From contig BK006949.2 of NCBI GenBank assembly GCA_000146045.2, positions 704,001 through 768,000 of the forward strand: a stretch of DNA of 64,000 nucleotides, given 5' to 3'. Within the stretch, counting starts at the first letter, position 1, and every line of letters begins with the position of its first letter. Below the pieces are notes generated by a model that was not told the DNA's origin, did not search any database, and saw nothing but the letters and a program-made list of their open reading frames with translations. The stretch is from TPA_inf: Saccharomyces (lineage: Eukaryota). The position numbers were made by a program, and so were the translations under genes. Below are positions 29,623-40,364 of the stretch, piece by piece.

Positions 29623-32433
29623 TTAAAGTTTTTCCTCAAGGGATACATTTACTTCAGTGATACCCTCGTTGATATCCTCGCTGACCTTCCGCCTTTTAGA
29701 ATCATGACCTTCTTCGTCGGTTTTTGAAATCTCGCGATTATCATTGCTACTATTCTCGTCTTTAGATGGAATATCATCTTTAGATTCGTTGTTTTTAATA
29801 CTTTCACTATCGATCTTTTCGTTTTTGTTGTTCTTTTCATCTACTTCGCTTCCACTATCACTTTCGCTTTCGCTTTCACTACTAGTGCTGCTATTATCGC
29901 CGCTTCCACTAGCACTACCGTCATCGCTACCACTATCGCTCTCGCTTCCGCTCTCACTACTGGAACTGCTACTACTACTAGTGCCGCTTTCACTTTCTAA
30001 GTCGTTGTCCTGTGCAGGCTTAGGTTTGGGTTGTGCATCAACATTTTGAGAAGCAGCCGCCGGAACTGACGTAGCTGCCACAGAGGATGTAGCCCTAGCA
30101 TTTTGTCTCGGTTGAAAAAATCGAGACAAGGACGAAGGATCAAACGATCCCGGTTGTTTATCATGCAAGTAATTATTGGGATGGGATGATGCCGACGCAG
30201 ATAACTGAGATGGAGGCCTATCTGGTACATGCGGCGTCTGGACTATTGGTTGGCGTATCGGTTTGGAATGCTGTGCCTTAGCTGCTAAAGCCGCCGCCGC
30301 TGTAGTTTCAGGGTTCACTAATTGCTTTACCTCACCTTTTGTGACTTTTGCAGTTGCCGCGTTTACAGCAGCTGCTAAAATTAGATTCAAATGCTGAGGA
30401 TTCTTGTCCATCAAGGCTGTAAGTGGATTACCAGTAATCCCCTTGTTTTTTGCCGCTTGTGTAACCTGATTTATTGTCATAGCTAGAGCCTGCGTCAAAA
30501 TTGCAGCGATGACCTGCTTCGATAAACCCTTTCTATCTCGTGTTAAAATGACAAGCTGTTCCTGCAGATATTTCATTGTCCTTTGATTATCACTTGCTGT
30601 ATTTTTCCTGTTCGAGGCGGCTCTGTTTGCTGCAAGAGTTTGTGAGATGTTTTGTTTTCTCGCATTAACGTTAGATCTCTGCGAAACAATATCTTTTTTG
30701 CCCCTCTGCGGCACTTGCTGAAGTTTGTGCTGTTGCTGTTCAAGTTTTAATTGTGCAGCTTGTGCCTTTGCCACAGCTATCTCACTTTGTTTCTTTTTCT
30801 GTCGTTCCCTCTCTGCAATATATTCTTCATCAAGACCCCATAACCATCCTTTGCCTTCTTTAGAAACCTTCCTGAAAGATTTATTTAGCGATAAGTTGTG
30901 TCTTACCGAGCTTTGCCACCCATCAGGACAGTATTTATAATAGGGGAAGAGTTCTCTTATTCCTGCATAAATTTCAGATAAAGACATTCCCTTGGCAGTC
31001 GAGTACTTTCGTATGCAAGTAGTTAGCATAGCAGAGTAAGATACAGTAGGTTTCGTTCTATATTCTACTGGAATCTCCTCCAAAGTATATACTTTCTTTG
31101 GTATTTTCGGTGGCTTCTTTTCTTTCTTAACAGCTGGTTTGGTCTGCGCTTTCTTGGGCTTTGCTCCAGTTGTAATCTTTTTCTTAGATTTGGGCTCGTT
31201 TTTTTTGAGATTTCTTGTATTTATTTCAGATTCTGCTATGTCAGCGTTTTCTGGGCTTTTGCTATCGTCGTTACGTTCTTGTTCTGGTAAAATAAATTGA
31301 AATGGAATTTGTCCAATTTGAATTTTTGTCTTATTACGAAGTGGCACAGTATTTCCTTTTTCAACGAAAATGTCATCCACAAAAGCACCATTCTTCCCTA
31401 TTATGGACAATTCGAACCTTCCTGTCCCAAAATTGTAAAAAATCTGGGCGTGTCTCCTCGATATTGATTTTGAAGGACCAAGATTAACGTCAACTTTGTG
31501 GGAGAAGTCATTCTCAGACCTCCTTCCGATTATTGCATGTAATGTTTGTACATAAAATGTGAAACTTTGAAAGTCCAGCCTTGCATAGGCGAAGATAGTC
31601 GGTTGTTCATTCGGTAGCGGTAAACTTGCATCGATTGGCTCAGATAGTTTTCGTTGGGTAGTTTCAGCATCTGTACTATTATTTTCCGTTACAGTGTTTT
31701 GTGGCGGTTGTCCCACTAATTCATGCTGCTGAAACATTATTGGCGTTATTGAATTGTTTCTCATATGCAGCATGTTGTTTTTTTCATCTACTAATGTTGG
31801 TAGGGTCTCGGTATCTTTGTTTACTGATAATTTATGCACATCTGTGTATATAGCATCAGCAGTGGGTTCATCCTTTTGTATACTTGTATCTTCTGAGTTC
31901 CTTATGCCTTCAGTTTTCACTGCTGCTGTGTTATCTTGAGTTTTCTCCCTTTCGTCCTCATCAGGGTTTACTGGCTCTATATTGATATCTTCTTTTGATG
32001 AAACCTCCCTGCTGTGATCATGAGTTAAATCGATGTTATTTACAGGATCCATGGTGTGGGATAACAACTCATTTGAGTTGAACAGAGCTTCATCATTTTT
32101 TGCATCAAATTCCAGTAGCTTCGAAAAATCAGCGTTATCAAGGTTATCAGGTAATTCAAGTTTCAAATTTCCATTATCGTCTGTAACAGGATTCTCTACC
32201 TCGTTTTCAATATCAGTAGTCGTGTTTTGAGGATGTTTTTCCTCTGTTACTATATCAGAACTTTTTGGTAGTTTTGTTTCAATCGGTACCTCGCTTGTCG
32301 GTGAATTTGTTATGCTTTCTTTGGTTTCTTGGTCTTTCAATGCGGAAGAATCTATAGTAAACTGTGTTTCAGTGGTAGGCGATGAAGTCCCGACATGATT
32401 GCTGCTTTCTATTATTGCCATTTCCCCATCCAT
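29623..32433 (-). CDS. FHL1: FHL1 (YPR104C), forkhead/FHA transcription factor of ribosomal-protein genes, 936 aa
   Basis: It is a 936-aa ORF with an FHA region and a forkhead domain (...KPTVSYSAMLTTCIRKYSTAKGMSLSEIYAGIRELFPYYKY...WQSSVRHNLSLNKSF). It has a long acidic Ser/Asp/Glu tail. Confidence 0.9.
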   Translation of the reverse strand: MDGEMAIIESSNHVGTSSPTTETQFTIDSSALKDQETKESITNSPTSEVPIETKLPKSSDIVTEEKHPQNTTTDIENEVENPVTDDNGNLKLELPDNLDNADFSKLLEFDAKNDEALFNSNELLSHTMDPVNNIDLTHDHSREVSSKEDINIEPVNPDEDEREKTQDNTAAVKTEGIRNSEDTSIQKDEPTADAIYTDVHKLSVNKDTETLPTLVDEKNNMLHMRNNSITPIMFQQHELVGQPPQNTVTENNSTDAETTQRKLSEPIDASLPLPNEQPTIFAYARLDFQSFTFYVQTLHAIIGRRSENDFSHKVDVNLGPSKSISRRHAQIFYNFGTGRFELSIIGKNGAFVDDIFVEKGNTVPLRNKTKIQIGQIPFQFILPEQERNDDSKSPENADIAESEINTRNLKKNEPKSKKKITTGAKPKKAQTKPAVKKEKKPPKIPKKVYTLEEIPVEYRTKPTVSYSAMLTTCIRKYSTAKGMSLSEIYAGIRELFPYYKYCPDGWQSSVRHNLSLNKSFRKVSKEGKGWLWGLDEEYIAERERQKKKQSEIAVAKAQAAQLKLEQQQHKLQQVPQRGKKDIVSQRSNVNARKQNISQTLAANRAASNRKNTASDNQRTMKYLQEQLVILTRDRKGLSKQVIAAILTQALAMTINQVTQAAKNKGITGNPLTALMDKNPQHLNLILAAAVNAATAKVTKGEVKQLVNPETTAAAALAAKAQHSKPIRQPIVQTPHVPDRPPSQLSASASSHPNNYLHDKQPGSFDPSSLSRFFQPRQNARATSSVAATSVPAAASQNVDAQPKPKPAQDNDLESESGTSSSSSSSSESGSESDSGSDDGSASGSGDNSSTSSESESESDSGSEVDEKNNKNEKIDSESIKNNESKDDIPSKDENSSNDNREISKTDEEGHDSKRRKVSEDINEGITEVNVSLEEKL

Positions 32434-32983
32434 CTTATTCTTATATTTGTATAGATATGAGTGGGTTTTTGTTTTGAGCGGCTAGACGTTAAATCAGGTA
32501 AAAACCAGTACCAGGTATATTATGGTAATAAAAAAAGGAGAAAATAAAATGCTTTCAAATACAAAATTAATATTCGTGATGACCTTCTACAAGAGAAAAA
32601 AATGTGCCAATAGAAAAGTCCTATTTATCCAGCCCAGAAGATAATAGCAAATATTAATAGACTTTAAACTAACTCAAAGGATGACAAAGTTGGCCTTAGA
32701 GAAAGAGCTACTCCTTTCTTAGCTTGGTGACGGAATATATTTCAAAGGTTCCTTTGTTTATTTTTTATTAACGCTTTTAATTTTTCTTGTCTTAGTCTTC
32801 GTAATTTCCAGTTAATCGCAACGTTCAGAATGATAGTATGGCGCTATCATGTTGTGCTCTTTCATAAGAAAAATAAGAAATGTATTAACAGTCAAGAGTA
32901 TGCAGAAAAGGTACAACAGCCAAGATTATGTTTGCGTTTATATGAAACTACTTAGTATTCAGCTCGTAAAGCTTATGTTATAT

Positions 32984-35569
32984 TTACTGTGTTCTATCAA
33001 TCTTCATATTTCTAGCTTTAATTCTTTCCTGAGAGTTTATCACCCAATCGAAAGTACCATTGAAGTCATCCTTGATATCACCTGTAGTCAAATCAAAATT
33101 GTCATCATCTAAACCGAGAAGCAACACGATTTGTGTCAATTTCAAGAACTTCTCTCTGAGATTATAGTTCAAGCCACACATATTGCCGATGAAAAGGCTC
33201 AGTTCTCTATCTAATTTCGTAACACCAAGTTCATTGAATTCTAGAGTCCATATTCTTTGCTCCAATGTTGTTACGATGTAGTCGACTATGACAGATAGCA
33301 ACTCTGCATATGCTTCGTTGTGAAGAATATTTTTGTAAGGGATAATCAATTGGTTCCATTTGCTATTGAAACTGTTAATTTGCGACAAATCTTCGAAATC
33401 TTCTATGCTTGTGATGTAATTCTTTTGGTTCGAACCTGCAGAATAATCGCGAGACACATTTTTTTGATTGGACGTTGAGGAATTTGATGAGGCTGAATTA
33501 ACAAAAACAGTTCCCAATAAGTTCCGAACCCTATTTTGTAGGATATTTTGGAACAAGTATTTGACAGCCCATTTGCTTAGCTTATCTGTTTGTTCCAGGA
33601 CTAATTTTTCTGAGTTTATAATTAAATTCTGTAACTGCGCTGCATCATTGTCAAAAGGGAAATTGTCTCTCAAAATCCTTTGCGAATCGTCTTCTAATAT
33701 TTCTATGGATAACAGCCTGTGAACGTATACTTTACTCAAGTACAACGTGTTCAGATATATCAAATAATGGTGCAACGCAAGAATGGAATCCTCGTCCTCT
33801 GCAACTACGGCTTGTAAATTTGATTGAATATTTGTCAAAGCGCTAGCTGCTGCCCCTCTAAAAGTGAACCTGCTTAGCGGAGAAAACTTATTTGCAGGTG
33901 GAGAAACCGATCTTGATGTTGCAGATTGCTCCTCACCTTTTGGAATGTATCTTTTCAAAGATACATTGGAGGCTAGTTTCGATTGTAGTAACTTAAATTT
34001 GTTTTGCATAAATTTTACCAGAAATCGGTTCTGAAAAAATTTTACCAACTCGTTCAAAAAACTTGCTAAGAGCTTAAACTGGCCAGTATTAACCACTGAT
34101 ATCAGATTTTTCCGAACTAATAAAATTAAGTCATCTAAAACAGATGTTACAGGGTATGAAATGTTATCGTGGTCATTGAGGGGAACAGCAGTTATAAGAT
34201 CGTTCAGTGACGGTAATTCTTCTAGTGAAATACTATTTCTAAATGATCTCTGCAGATGGTTCAACACAAACACCTGAAACTCATCAAAGACCTTATCTTG
34301 CTTTAACTTTAAGGCAAATTTACCATCTGCTATTGGTGGAGGTGGTTGCAATACATGCGGATGCAAATCGCTAAATTCATTCCATTTAACTGAATAAAAT
34401 CTAGAATACATGGACCAATTTTGAAGTATTTGAGAAAATTCCATTATCAATAATGCCAAGTCATGAATGGATATAATTGAGCTCTTTTCCGTTTCTCCGT
34501 CTGTTTCGATATCCGACTGATTACTGTCTATATTCACATCTTCATTCTTTTGTGAATGTTCCCATTCATTTATATCATGTATAGTCCTTTCTATTTTCCT
34601 CGTCTCCATAAAAATATCTAGAATCAAACTAGCTTGAAGATCAGCTTCTTTTTCTACTTTTTCCATGACATGCACCATGTGCTTTTTTCCATAACACGTG
34701 GCGATGACTTTTGAATGATCATTTATAATGGTCGATACAATTTTAAAAAGATGTAACAGTACTTGTGAAAAAAATCCTTGAAACTTGGTGCTGTTTTCCA
34801 TAGAATTCGACATAATTTTCCTGCTTTCGTCCGCAATAATATCACAGACATATTTGGAATACAGGTCTAAACCAAGTACGTCCTGCCCAATCATAGGGAA
34901 CATTTTGAACATTAAGGTTAGCTCTTTAATATCCTGTGTTCTTGTTGCTTCCATGAATTGCTCCTGAAATAAACTTGTCAGTTCCTTACACCAATTCTTT
35001 ATTAGTATAGCTGGTTCTTCGGGAATTTCACTCGAGGGCACAACTTTCTTGGCAAACTCGGATACAATAAGTTTTTTATCCGGAAGGCTTCTAATTTCAT
35101 TGATTGCTGTCGCAGCAACTAAGTAATCCTTTGTTTCTAAAGCAGAATGCGCCAGTGAAATATTATTCTTTAGCGTCCTGACGTCTTTTACAAATTGTAA
35201 CGTTTTGTTGACCAAAGCGCGTTCCTGATCTACAGTTTCAATATCGTCATGTATAGCTTTTGCTCTTGCGTTCGAAGAAGAAATGGTGGCCACAGTCTCA
35301 TGAAACTGAGTCAAAGTAGTCGTAAGGTTAGTTCTTTGCAATTCTAATTTCCGGGACTCTTTGTTGAGCGATGATTGCGACTGTTGCACAAATGCATTTA
35401 ATTGTTTAGATTGTTTTGCGTAATCATTGGCTATCACTTCAGACAGCTTGTCTATTTGAGATAGTGTCGATAATTTGTCTAATAACAAGGTGTACCTTGC
35501 TAGATTTTTAGACAATTGGCCCTCGATGATCGAGCTCTCCCATGATGCATTCGATTTTTGCCCTTCCAT
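32984..35569 (-). CDS. COG4: COG4 (YPR105C), conserved oligomeric Golgi complex subunit 4, 861 aa
   Basis: The track's start at 35572 is TTG. The adjacent ATG (cat at 35567-35569) gives 861 aa, which matches Cog4. Confidence 0.85.
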   Translation of the reverse strand: MEGQKSNASWESSIIEGQLSKNLARYTLLLDKLSTLSQIDKLSEVIANDYAKQSKQLNAFVQQSQSSLNKESRKLELQRTNLTTTLTQFHETVATISSSNARAKAIHDDIETVDQERALVNKTLQFVKDVRTLKNNISLAHSALETKDYLVAATAINEIRSLPDKKLIVSEFAKKVVPSSEIPEEPAILIKNWCKELTSLFQEQFMEATRTQDIKELTLMFKMFPMIGQDVLGLDLYSKYVCDIIADESRKIMSNSMENSTKFQGFFSQVLLHLFKIVSTIINDHSKVIATCYGKKHMVHVMEKVEKEADLQASLILDIFMETRKIERTIHDINEWEHSQKNEDVNIDSNQSDIETDGETEKSSIISIHDLALLIMEFSQILQNWSMYSRFYSVKWNEFSDLHPHVLQPPPPIADGKFALKLKQDKVFDEFQVFVLNHLQRSFRNSISLEELPSLNDLITAVPLNDHDNISYPVTSVLDDLILLVRKNLISVVNTGQFKLLASFLNELVKFFQNRFLVKFMQNKFKLLQSKLASNVSLKRYIPKGEEQSATSRSVSPPANKFSPLSRFTFRGAAASALTNIQSNLQAVVAEDEDSILALHHYLIYLNTLYLSKVYVHRLLSIEILEDDSQRILRDNFPFDNDAAQLQNLIINSEKLVLEQTDKLSKWAVKYLFQNILQNRVRNLLGTVFVNSASSNSSTSNQKNVSRDYSAGSNQKNYITSIEDFEDLSQINSFNSKWNQLIIPYKNILHNEAYAELLSVIVDYIVTTLEQRIWTLEFNELGVTKLDRELSLFIGNMCGLNYNLREKFLKLTQIVLLLGLDDDNFDLTTGDIKDDFNGTFDWVINSQERIKARNMKIDRTQ

Positions 35570-36060
35570 CAAAACTTCACCCTTTTAGAGCCTGACAATA
35601 CAGTATCGTTAGTTTGCGCTACTTCGCTGTCCCAACGAATTTGGTTTGTTTTCTATGTTCTATCTCTATCCCACACTTTTTTCACAATTCCTTTACAGGC
35701 GAAAATTCAAAAAAGTGACGTAAATGGAGTTCTAAAAGCTAAAGCAACAAGTTAATAAGGTTAGAAGATCGTAAATGTGTTTCAAAAGTTGCTTACCTCC
35801 TTCACTATATCTCAGCTGCTTGTATAGCCTATGACGAAAATTTATGTTCCCTAGCAAGGATATAATGTGTCAATCAACATGATCGCAAACCAGCTAGATT
35901 GTGATGTATGGGTCTATCTTATTGTTTATTTTGACTAGCATTGAATAAACAAAAAGCGCTGCTAATAGATTCTTGCCTTTATATAACGGGGATCTAACCT
36001 CATCAACAGCAAAAATCGTCTTAAAACACATCTCAAAGACTAGTTCTCAAACGTCACGCT

Positions 36061-37392
36061 ATGAACAGTACACCTCCTACGTCACCCGTCACCAGGGTTT
36101 CTGATGGTTCCTTTCCATCCATAAGTAACAATAGTAAGGGTTTTGCTTATCGCCAACCGCAAAAACATAAAAGTAACTTCGCATATTCACATCTGGTATC
36201 TCCTGTAGAGGAGCCGACAGCTAAATTCAGTGAGGCATTCCAGACAGATTATTCTAGTAAGGCGCCCGTTGCTACCTCGGAGGCGCACCTAAAGAACGAT
36301 TTAGACGTATTGTTCACTACCCCCCGGTTTTACTCTCCGGAGAATTTGGCTTTAATGTTCCGTCTTTCTAATACAGTTTCTTCCCTAGAATTTCTGGATG
36401 AGTTTTTGATGGGCATATTACTTGCTCCAGAGATGGATTTTTTGTCAAATCCAAGTTATTCTCTTCCGTCTAACAAATTAGTGGGACAGGGAAGTTATTC
36501 ATATGTGTACCCTATATCATCAAGTGCTTCATCAAGATGTAACAACGATTCAGGGGTTGTTTTAAAGTTTGCCAAATCACAGCATAAAAGCAAGGTGATT
36601 TTACAGGAAGCTTTGACGCTAGCATATCTCCAGTACATGAGTCCTTCAACCAATGAAAGTCATATTATTCCATTCTATGGGTTGACATACATAACTAAAT
36701 CCCATTTTAGAAGACTGAGGTCCAACGAATGTGTTCCTGGCCTTATTCTTCCGAAATGCGAAATGAGTTTATATCACTTCAATACAGCAGTGTCACATAA
36801 GCTTTCGTTGATAACAAAAAGAAAAATATGGTGGAGACTTATGAAGCAAATGATAGACGCATTAAAATCTTTGAAAACAAATGGTATAATTCATGGTGAT
36901 ATAAAAACAGCAAATATTTTAATAACAGAAATGCATGTTCTTAATGGAGGCCATTGTAAGGATTTTGACTTCTACCTTGCTGACTTTACGTCGGCATTTC
37001 ACATTAATCAAACACCAACAGATCTGAATACCACGGTAGAATACTGTGCACCAGAACTAATTGATAGCTCCTCCGATCATGTTCCTACATTTGAATCGGA
37101 TTTGTATGCCGTGGGGCTTTGTCTTTTATCATTTATATCGCAGCATGAGCCTTACAACGAACTTCAGGCGTTAGTGTCGCATGGATCCTCTCCAGGTATT
37201 GGCAGTTCATCTATACAGCAGTCCCAATGGCTGATAAATGCTCTTTTGAAAAAAGATCCTATAAATCTAAACATGTTAAGAAACGATTTATTCCAGGATT
37301 GGAAGTCAGAACTAGCATTATTGTCCAGAATTCTGGTTGATAGACTTCCTCTAGAAAATCTCATAACTATACTCGATAGTAACTATATATGA
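36061..37392 (+). CDS. ISR1: ISR1 (YPR106W), Ser/Thr protein kinase, 443 aa
   Basis: ATG at 36061 opens a 443-aa ORF. Kinase motifs are present (HGDIKTANILI, DFTSAF). Confidence 0.85.
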   Translation: MNSTPPTSPVTRVSDGSFPSISNNSKGFAYRQPQKHKSNFAYSHLVSPVEEPTAKFSEAFQTDYSSKAPVATSEAHLKNDLDVLFTTPRFYSPENLALMFRLSNTVSSLEFLDEFLMGILLAPEMDFLSNPSYSLPSNKLVGQGSYSYVYPISSSASSRCNNDSGVVLKFAKSQHKSKVILQEALTLAYLQYMSPSTNESHIIPFYGLTYITKSHFRRLRSNECVPGLILPKCEMSLYHFNTAVSHKLSLITKRKIWWRLMKQMIDALKSLKTNGIIHGDIKTANILITEMHVLNGGHCKDFDFYLADFTSAFHINQTPTDLNTTVEYCAPELIDSSSDHVPTFESDLYAVGLCLLSFISQHEPYNELQALVSHGSSPGIGSSSIQQSQWLINALLKKDPINLNMLRNDLFQDWKSELALLSRILVDRLPLENLITILDSNYI

Positions 37393-37437
37393 TAATATAC
37401 ATGTCTATGAAATCGAAAACCCCCAGCCATGCATAGA

Positions 37438-38064
37438 TCAAACTTCACCGTTTATAATTGCGTTTAAACGCCTTTCCTTTTCTTCATCCATTTTCCTGGT
37501 ATTTATCTCATCGTCTCTCTTAATTCTTAATTTACTACCTTCATCTGGGATTATGAACTGTGGATGTTCCATATCACATTCATCCTTCCCTAAAGGACAA
37601 AATCCGGTCATGTATCTTTGACAGAAAACCTTCTTAATATGCCGTCTAGGACAAGAACTCCCCAGAGGACAGAATCCCATTTCGTAATTTTCACATTTTG
37701 GTATCTTGCTAGCGGGATCTATGTGTAGATATTGACAATCTGGACTTTGTGTACAGTACCCGTTTTTGCTGAAGAAGACACATTCAGGCATTTTTCGAAG
37801 ATTGTATTCATGTAAGTATTCACATTGGTCATTCTTTTTGCACAACCCTCGAAGCCAATGTCTACAAACAATTTTATTCTGAAATATTGGTAACACATGC
37901 TTTTTTGGACATAACGGTCCCCTCGGACATGATTTAGGGCCTTCTCTAGAATTGTAAAATTCACAAATAGGTCTGTCAGGATCGAGTGAAAACGAATACT
38001 CTTGCCTGAGGAAAGGTTCAAATTTAAAAGGATATTTTGCTGTATCGGGGTGAATTAGGCTCAT
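37438..38064 (-). CDS. YTH1: YTH1 (YPR107C), CCCH zinc-finger subunit of cleavage/polyadenylation factor (CPSF30 homolog), 208 aa
   Basis: It is a 208-aa ORF with five C-x8-C-x5-C-x3-H fingers. Confidence 0.9.
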   Translation of the reverse strand: MSLIHPDTAKYPFKFEPFLRQEYSFSLDPDRPICEFYNSREGPKSCPRGPLCPKKHVLPIFQNKIVCRHWLRGLCKKNDQCEYLHEYNLRKMPECVFFSKNGYCTQSPDCQYLHIDPASKIPKCENYEMGFCPLGSSCPRRHIKKVFCQRYMTGFCPLGKDECDMEHPQFIIPDEGSKLRIKRDDEINTRKMDEEKERRLNAIINGEV

Positions 38065-38299
38065 TACATAAACTTATTGATTTTATTCGTCCTAGAATAC
38101 TTGTTTAAGATACAGTGCAGAAATCTTTAGCTTATAATTCAGAAATGTGATATTTTGAAGCGATTGGAACAACAAAGTACAGTGCATTCTATATAATTAT
38201 TAAAAGTTATAGTGGACTATTGTAATAACACTTGTTTTCCCCATATCATAACCGACGGCGCGTAAATGCATGCTCAATCAAGTTTCCGAATAAGTTAAG

Positions 38300-38308
38300 T
38301 TTGCCACC
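38300..38308 (-). promoter_or_regulatory. PACE element (TTTGCCACC is the reverse complement of GGTGGCAAA), about 145 bp upstream of RPN7
   Basis: It is a perfect 9-mer in inverted orientation, and RPN7 is a proteasome lid gene. Confidence 0.55.
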
Positions 38309-38453
38309 CATTGAGGATTAATATACACAAGGCAGCATTGAAAAACCTAATTGTTAACACTACACAAATCTCTATTGTTGTAGTAAACTGCGCTTTTTAC
38401 CACTGTTACAATAGTTACTAATACACGCAAAAATTCTGGATAAACACGGCAAA

Positions 38454-39743
38454 ATGGTAGACGTGGAAGAGAAAAGTCAAGAAGTTGAATATGTTGATCC
38501 AACGGTGAATAGGGTGCCCAATTATGAGGTATCTGAAAAGGCGTTTCTTTTGACACAATCAAAGGTTAGTATTGAACAGCGTAAGGAAGCGGCAGAGTTC
38601 GTTTTAGCCAAAATTAAAGAGGAAGAAATGGCCCCTTATTATAAATATCTTTGCGAGGAATACCTTGTTAATAATGGCCAATCTGACTTGGAACACGATG
38701 AAAAGTCAGATTCTTTAAACGAATGGATCAAATTTGACCAGGAGCTATACAATGAATTGTGCAAAAAAAATGAAAGTAAGATTAAAGAGTTAAATGAAAA
38801 GATCCAAAAATTGGAAGAAGATGATGAAGGTGAACTAGAACAAGCTCAAGCCTGGATTAATCTGGGTGAATATTATGCACAAATCGGTGACAAAGATAAT
38901 GCTGAAAAGACGCTAGGGAAATCATTATCGAAGGCTATTTCCACAGGCGCCAAAATTGATGTTATGCTAACAATTGCAAGGCTGGGGTTCTTTTATAACG
39001 ACCAACTTTATGTTAAGGAGAAGTTGGAAGCAGTCAATTCTATGATTGAAAAAGGTGGTGACTGGGAGAGAAGAAATAGATATAAAACATACTATGGTAT
39101 CCACTGCTTGGCCGTAAGAAACTTTAAGGAAGCGGCAAAGTTATTGGTCGATTCTCTAGCAACTTTCACCTCTATTGAATTAACTTCCTATGAAAGCATT
39201 GCCACATATGCATCGGTCACAGGTTTATTCACTCTGGAAAGAACAGACCTAAAATCCAAAGTCATCGATTCACCTGAATTGTTATCTTTAATCTCAACAA
39301 CTGCCGCACTACAATCTATCTCGTCGTTAACAATTTCCCTTTACGCGTCCGATTATGCCAGTTACTTTCCATATCTTTTGGAAACATATGCAAATGTTTT
39401 GATTCCATGTAAATATTTGAATAGACATGCAGATTTCTTTGTTAGAGAAATGAGAAGAAAAGTCTACGCACAATTGTTGGAATCATATAAGACTTTGTCG
39501 CTGAAATCTATGGCAAGCGCATTTGGTGTTTCGGTTGCGTTCTTGGATAACGACCTGGGTAAGTTTATTCCAAATAAGCAACTAAATTGTGTCATTGATA
39601 GAGTTAATGGGATCGTAGAGACCAACAGGCCAGACAACAAAAATGCTCAATACCATCTGCTAGTTAAGCAAGGTGACGGTTTGCTAACAAAATTACAAAA
39701 ATACGGTGCAGCAGTGAGATTGACAGGGTCAGATCGTGTTTGA
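38454..39743 (+). CDS. RPN7: RPN7 (YPR108W), 26S proteasome lid subunit with a PCI domain, 429 aa
   Basis: ATG at 38454 opens a 429-aa ORF, MVDVEEKSQEVEYVDPTVNRVPNYEVSEKAFLLTQ..., which I recognise as Rpn7. Confidence 0.95.
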   Translation: MVDVEEKSQEVEYVDPTVNRVPNYEVSEKAFLLTQSKVSIEQRKEAAEFVLAKIKEEEMAPYYKYLCEEYLVNNGQSDLEHDEKSDSLNEWIKFDQELYNELCKKNESKIKELNEKIQKLEEDDEGELEQAQAWINLGEYYAQIGDKDNAEKTLGKSLSKAISTGAKIDVMLTIARLGFFYNDQLYVKEKLEAVNSMIEKGGDWERRNRYKTYYGIHCLAVRNFKEAAKLLVDSLATFTSIELTSYESIATYASVTGLFTLERTDLKSKVIDSPELLSLISTTAALQSISSLTISLYASDYASYFPYLLETYANVLIPCKYLNRHADFFVREMRRKVYAQLLESYKTLSLKSMASAFGVSVAFLDNDLGKFIPNKQLNCVIDRVNGIVETNRPDNKNAQYHLLVKQGDGLLTKLQKYGAAVRLTGSDRV

Positions 39744-40283
39744 GGAATTTACATTATTTAGCAACGCACATAATCACATCAACATGTATACATAGTTTGG
39801 AGACTTGAGTAAATAGTAGTGAGAGGATATATGGATCGGTTCAAGTCAAAGGATTGTAATCATCCTCTTTCTCCTTTAAAACGGAGAGCTTCTATAGTTT
39901 TCAAGCTTCCATTAAAAATTTCAGTATTTAGTTCGGAAAGTTACATAATTGCAATGTCTCATAAAGGACCATGCTTCTTTTGAAAGTGAGGAATCTAAGG
40001 CTGAAAATGCCAATTCTTAAAAAGTAGTATAACCAGAAAAAGGAATCCCCATAAAAGGAAATTCATGATACGGTCATTGTTTCTTCATTTGTTTAATACG
40101 TTGTATTCGAGTGTTCTAGCCAATAAACGATTCAACTAAAACACTTCTGGTTCGCTTTTAGGGATATCGTTGAAATGAAATCACTCCATGATAGTTTAAG
40201 TGTTACAGACATTAAGAGAAGTCGGCTGCAAATTTCCATGCAGACACTTTGTCCCTTCTTGGAGGATACCCTACAGTGTAAAA

Positions 40284-40355
40284 GCCTCCTTAGCTTAGTG
40301 GTAGAGCGTTGCACTTGTAATGCAAAGGTCGTTAGTTCAATTCTGACAGGTGGCA
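40284..40355 (+). tRNA. tT(UGU)P: tRNA-Thr (anticodon UGU), 72 nt, no intron
   Basis: It folds as a cloverleaf. The D stem is GCTT/GAGC. The anticodon stem is TTGCA/TGCAA with loop CTTGTAA, giving anticodon TGT. The T arm is GTTAG-TTCAATT-CTGAC, and A is the discriminator. The acceptor stem has 6 of 7 pairs, with a U.U at 4-68. Confidence 0.85.
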
Positions 40356-40358
40356 AAA

Positions 40359-40364
40359 TTTTTT
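40359..40364 (+). terminator. RNA polymerase III terminator: T6 run 4 nt after the tRNA 3' end
   Basis: The sequence is ggca|aaa|tttttt|ccc. Confidence 0.6.

Noticed and set aside
39744-40283. Possible solo LTR (sigma, delta or tau) upstream of the tRNA
   Set aside because: I see no TG...CA terminal inverted repeats, no resemblance to the Ty1 delta or Ty3 sigma sequences I know, and no 5-bp target-site duplication.
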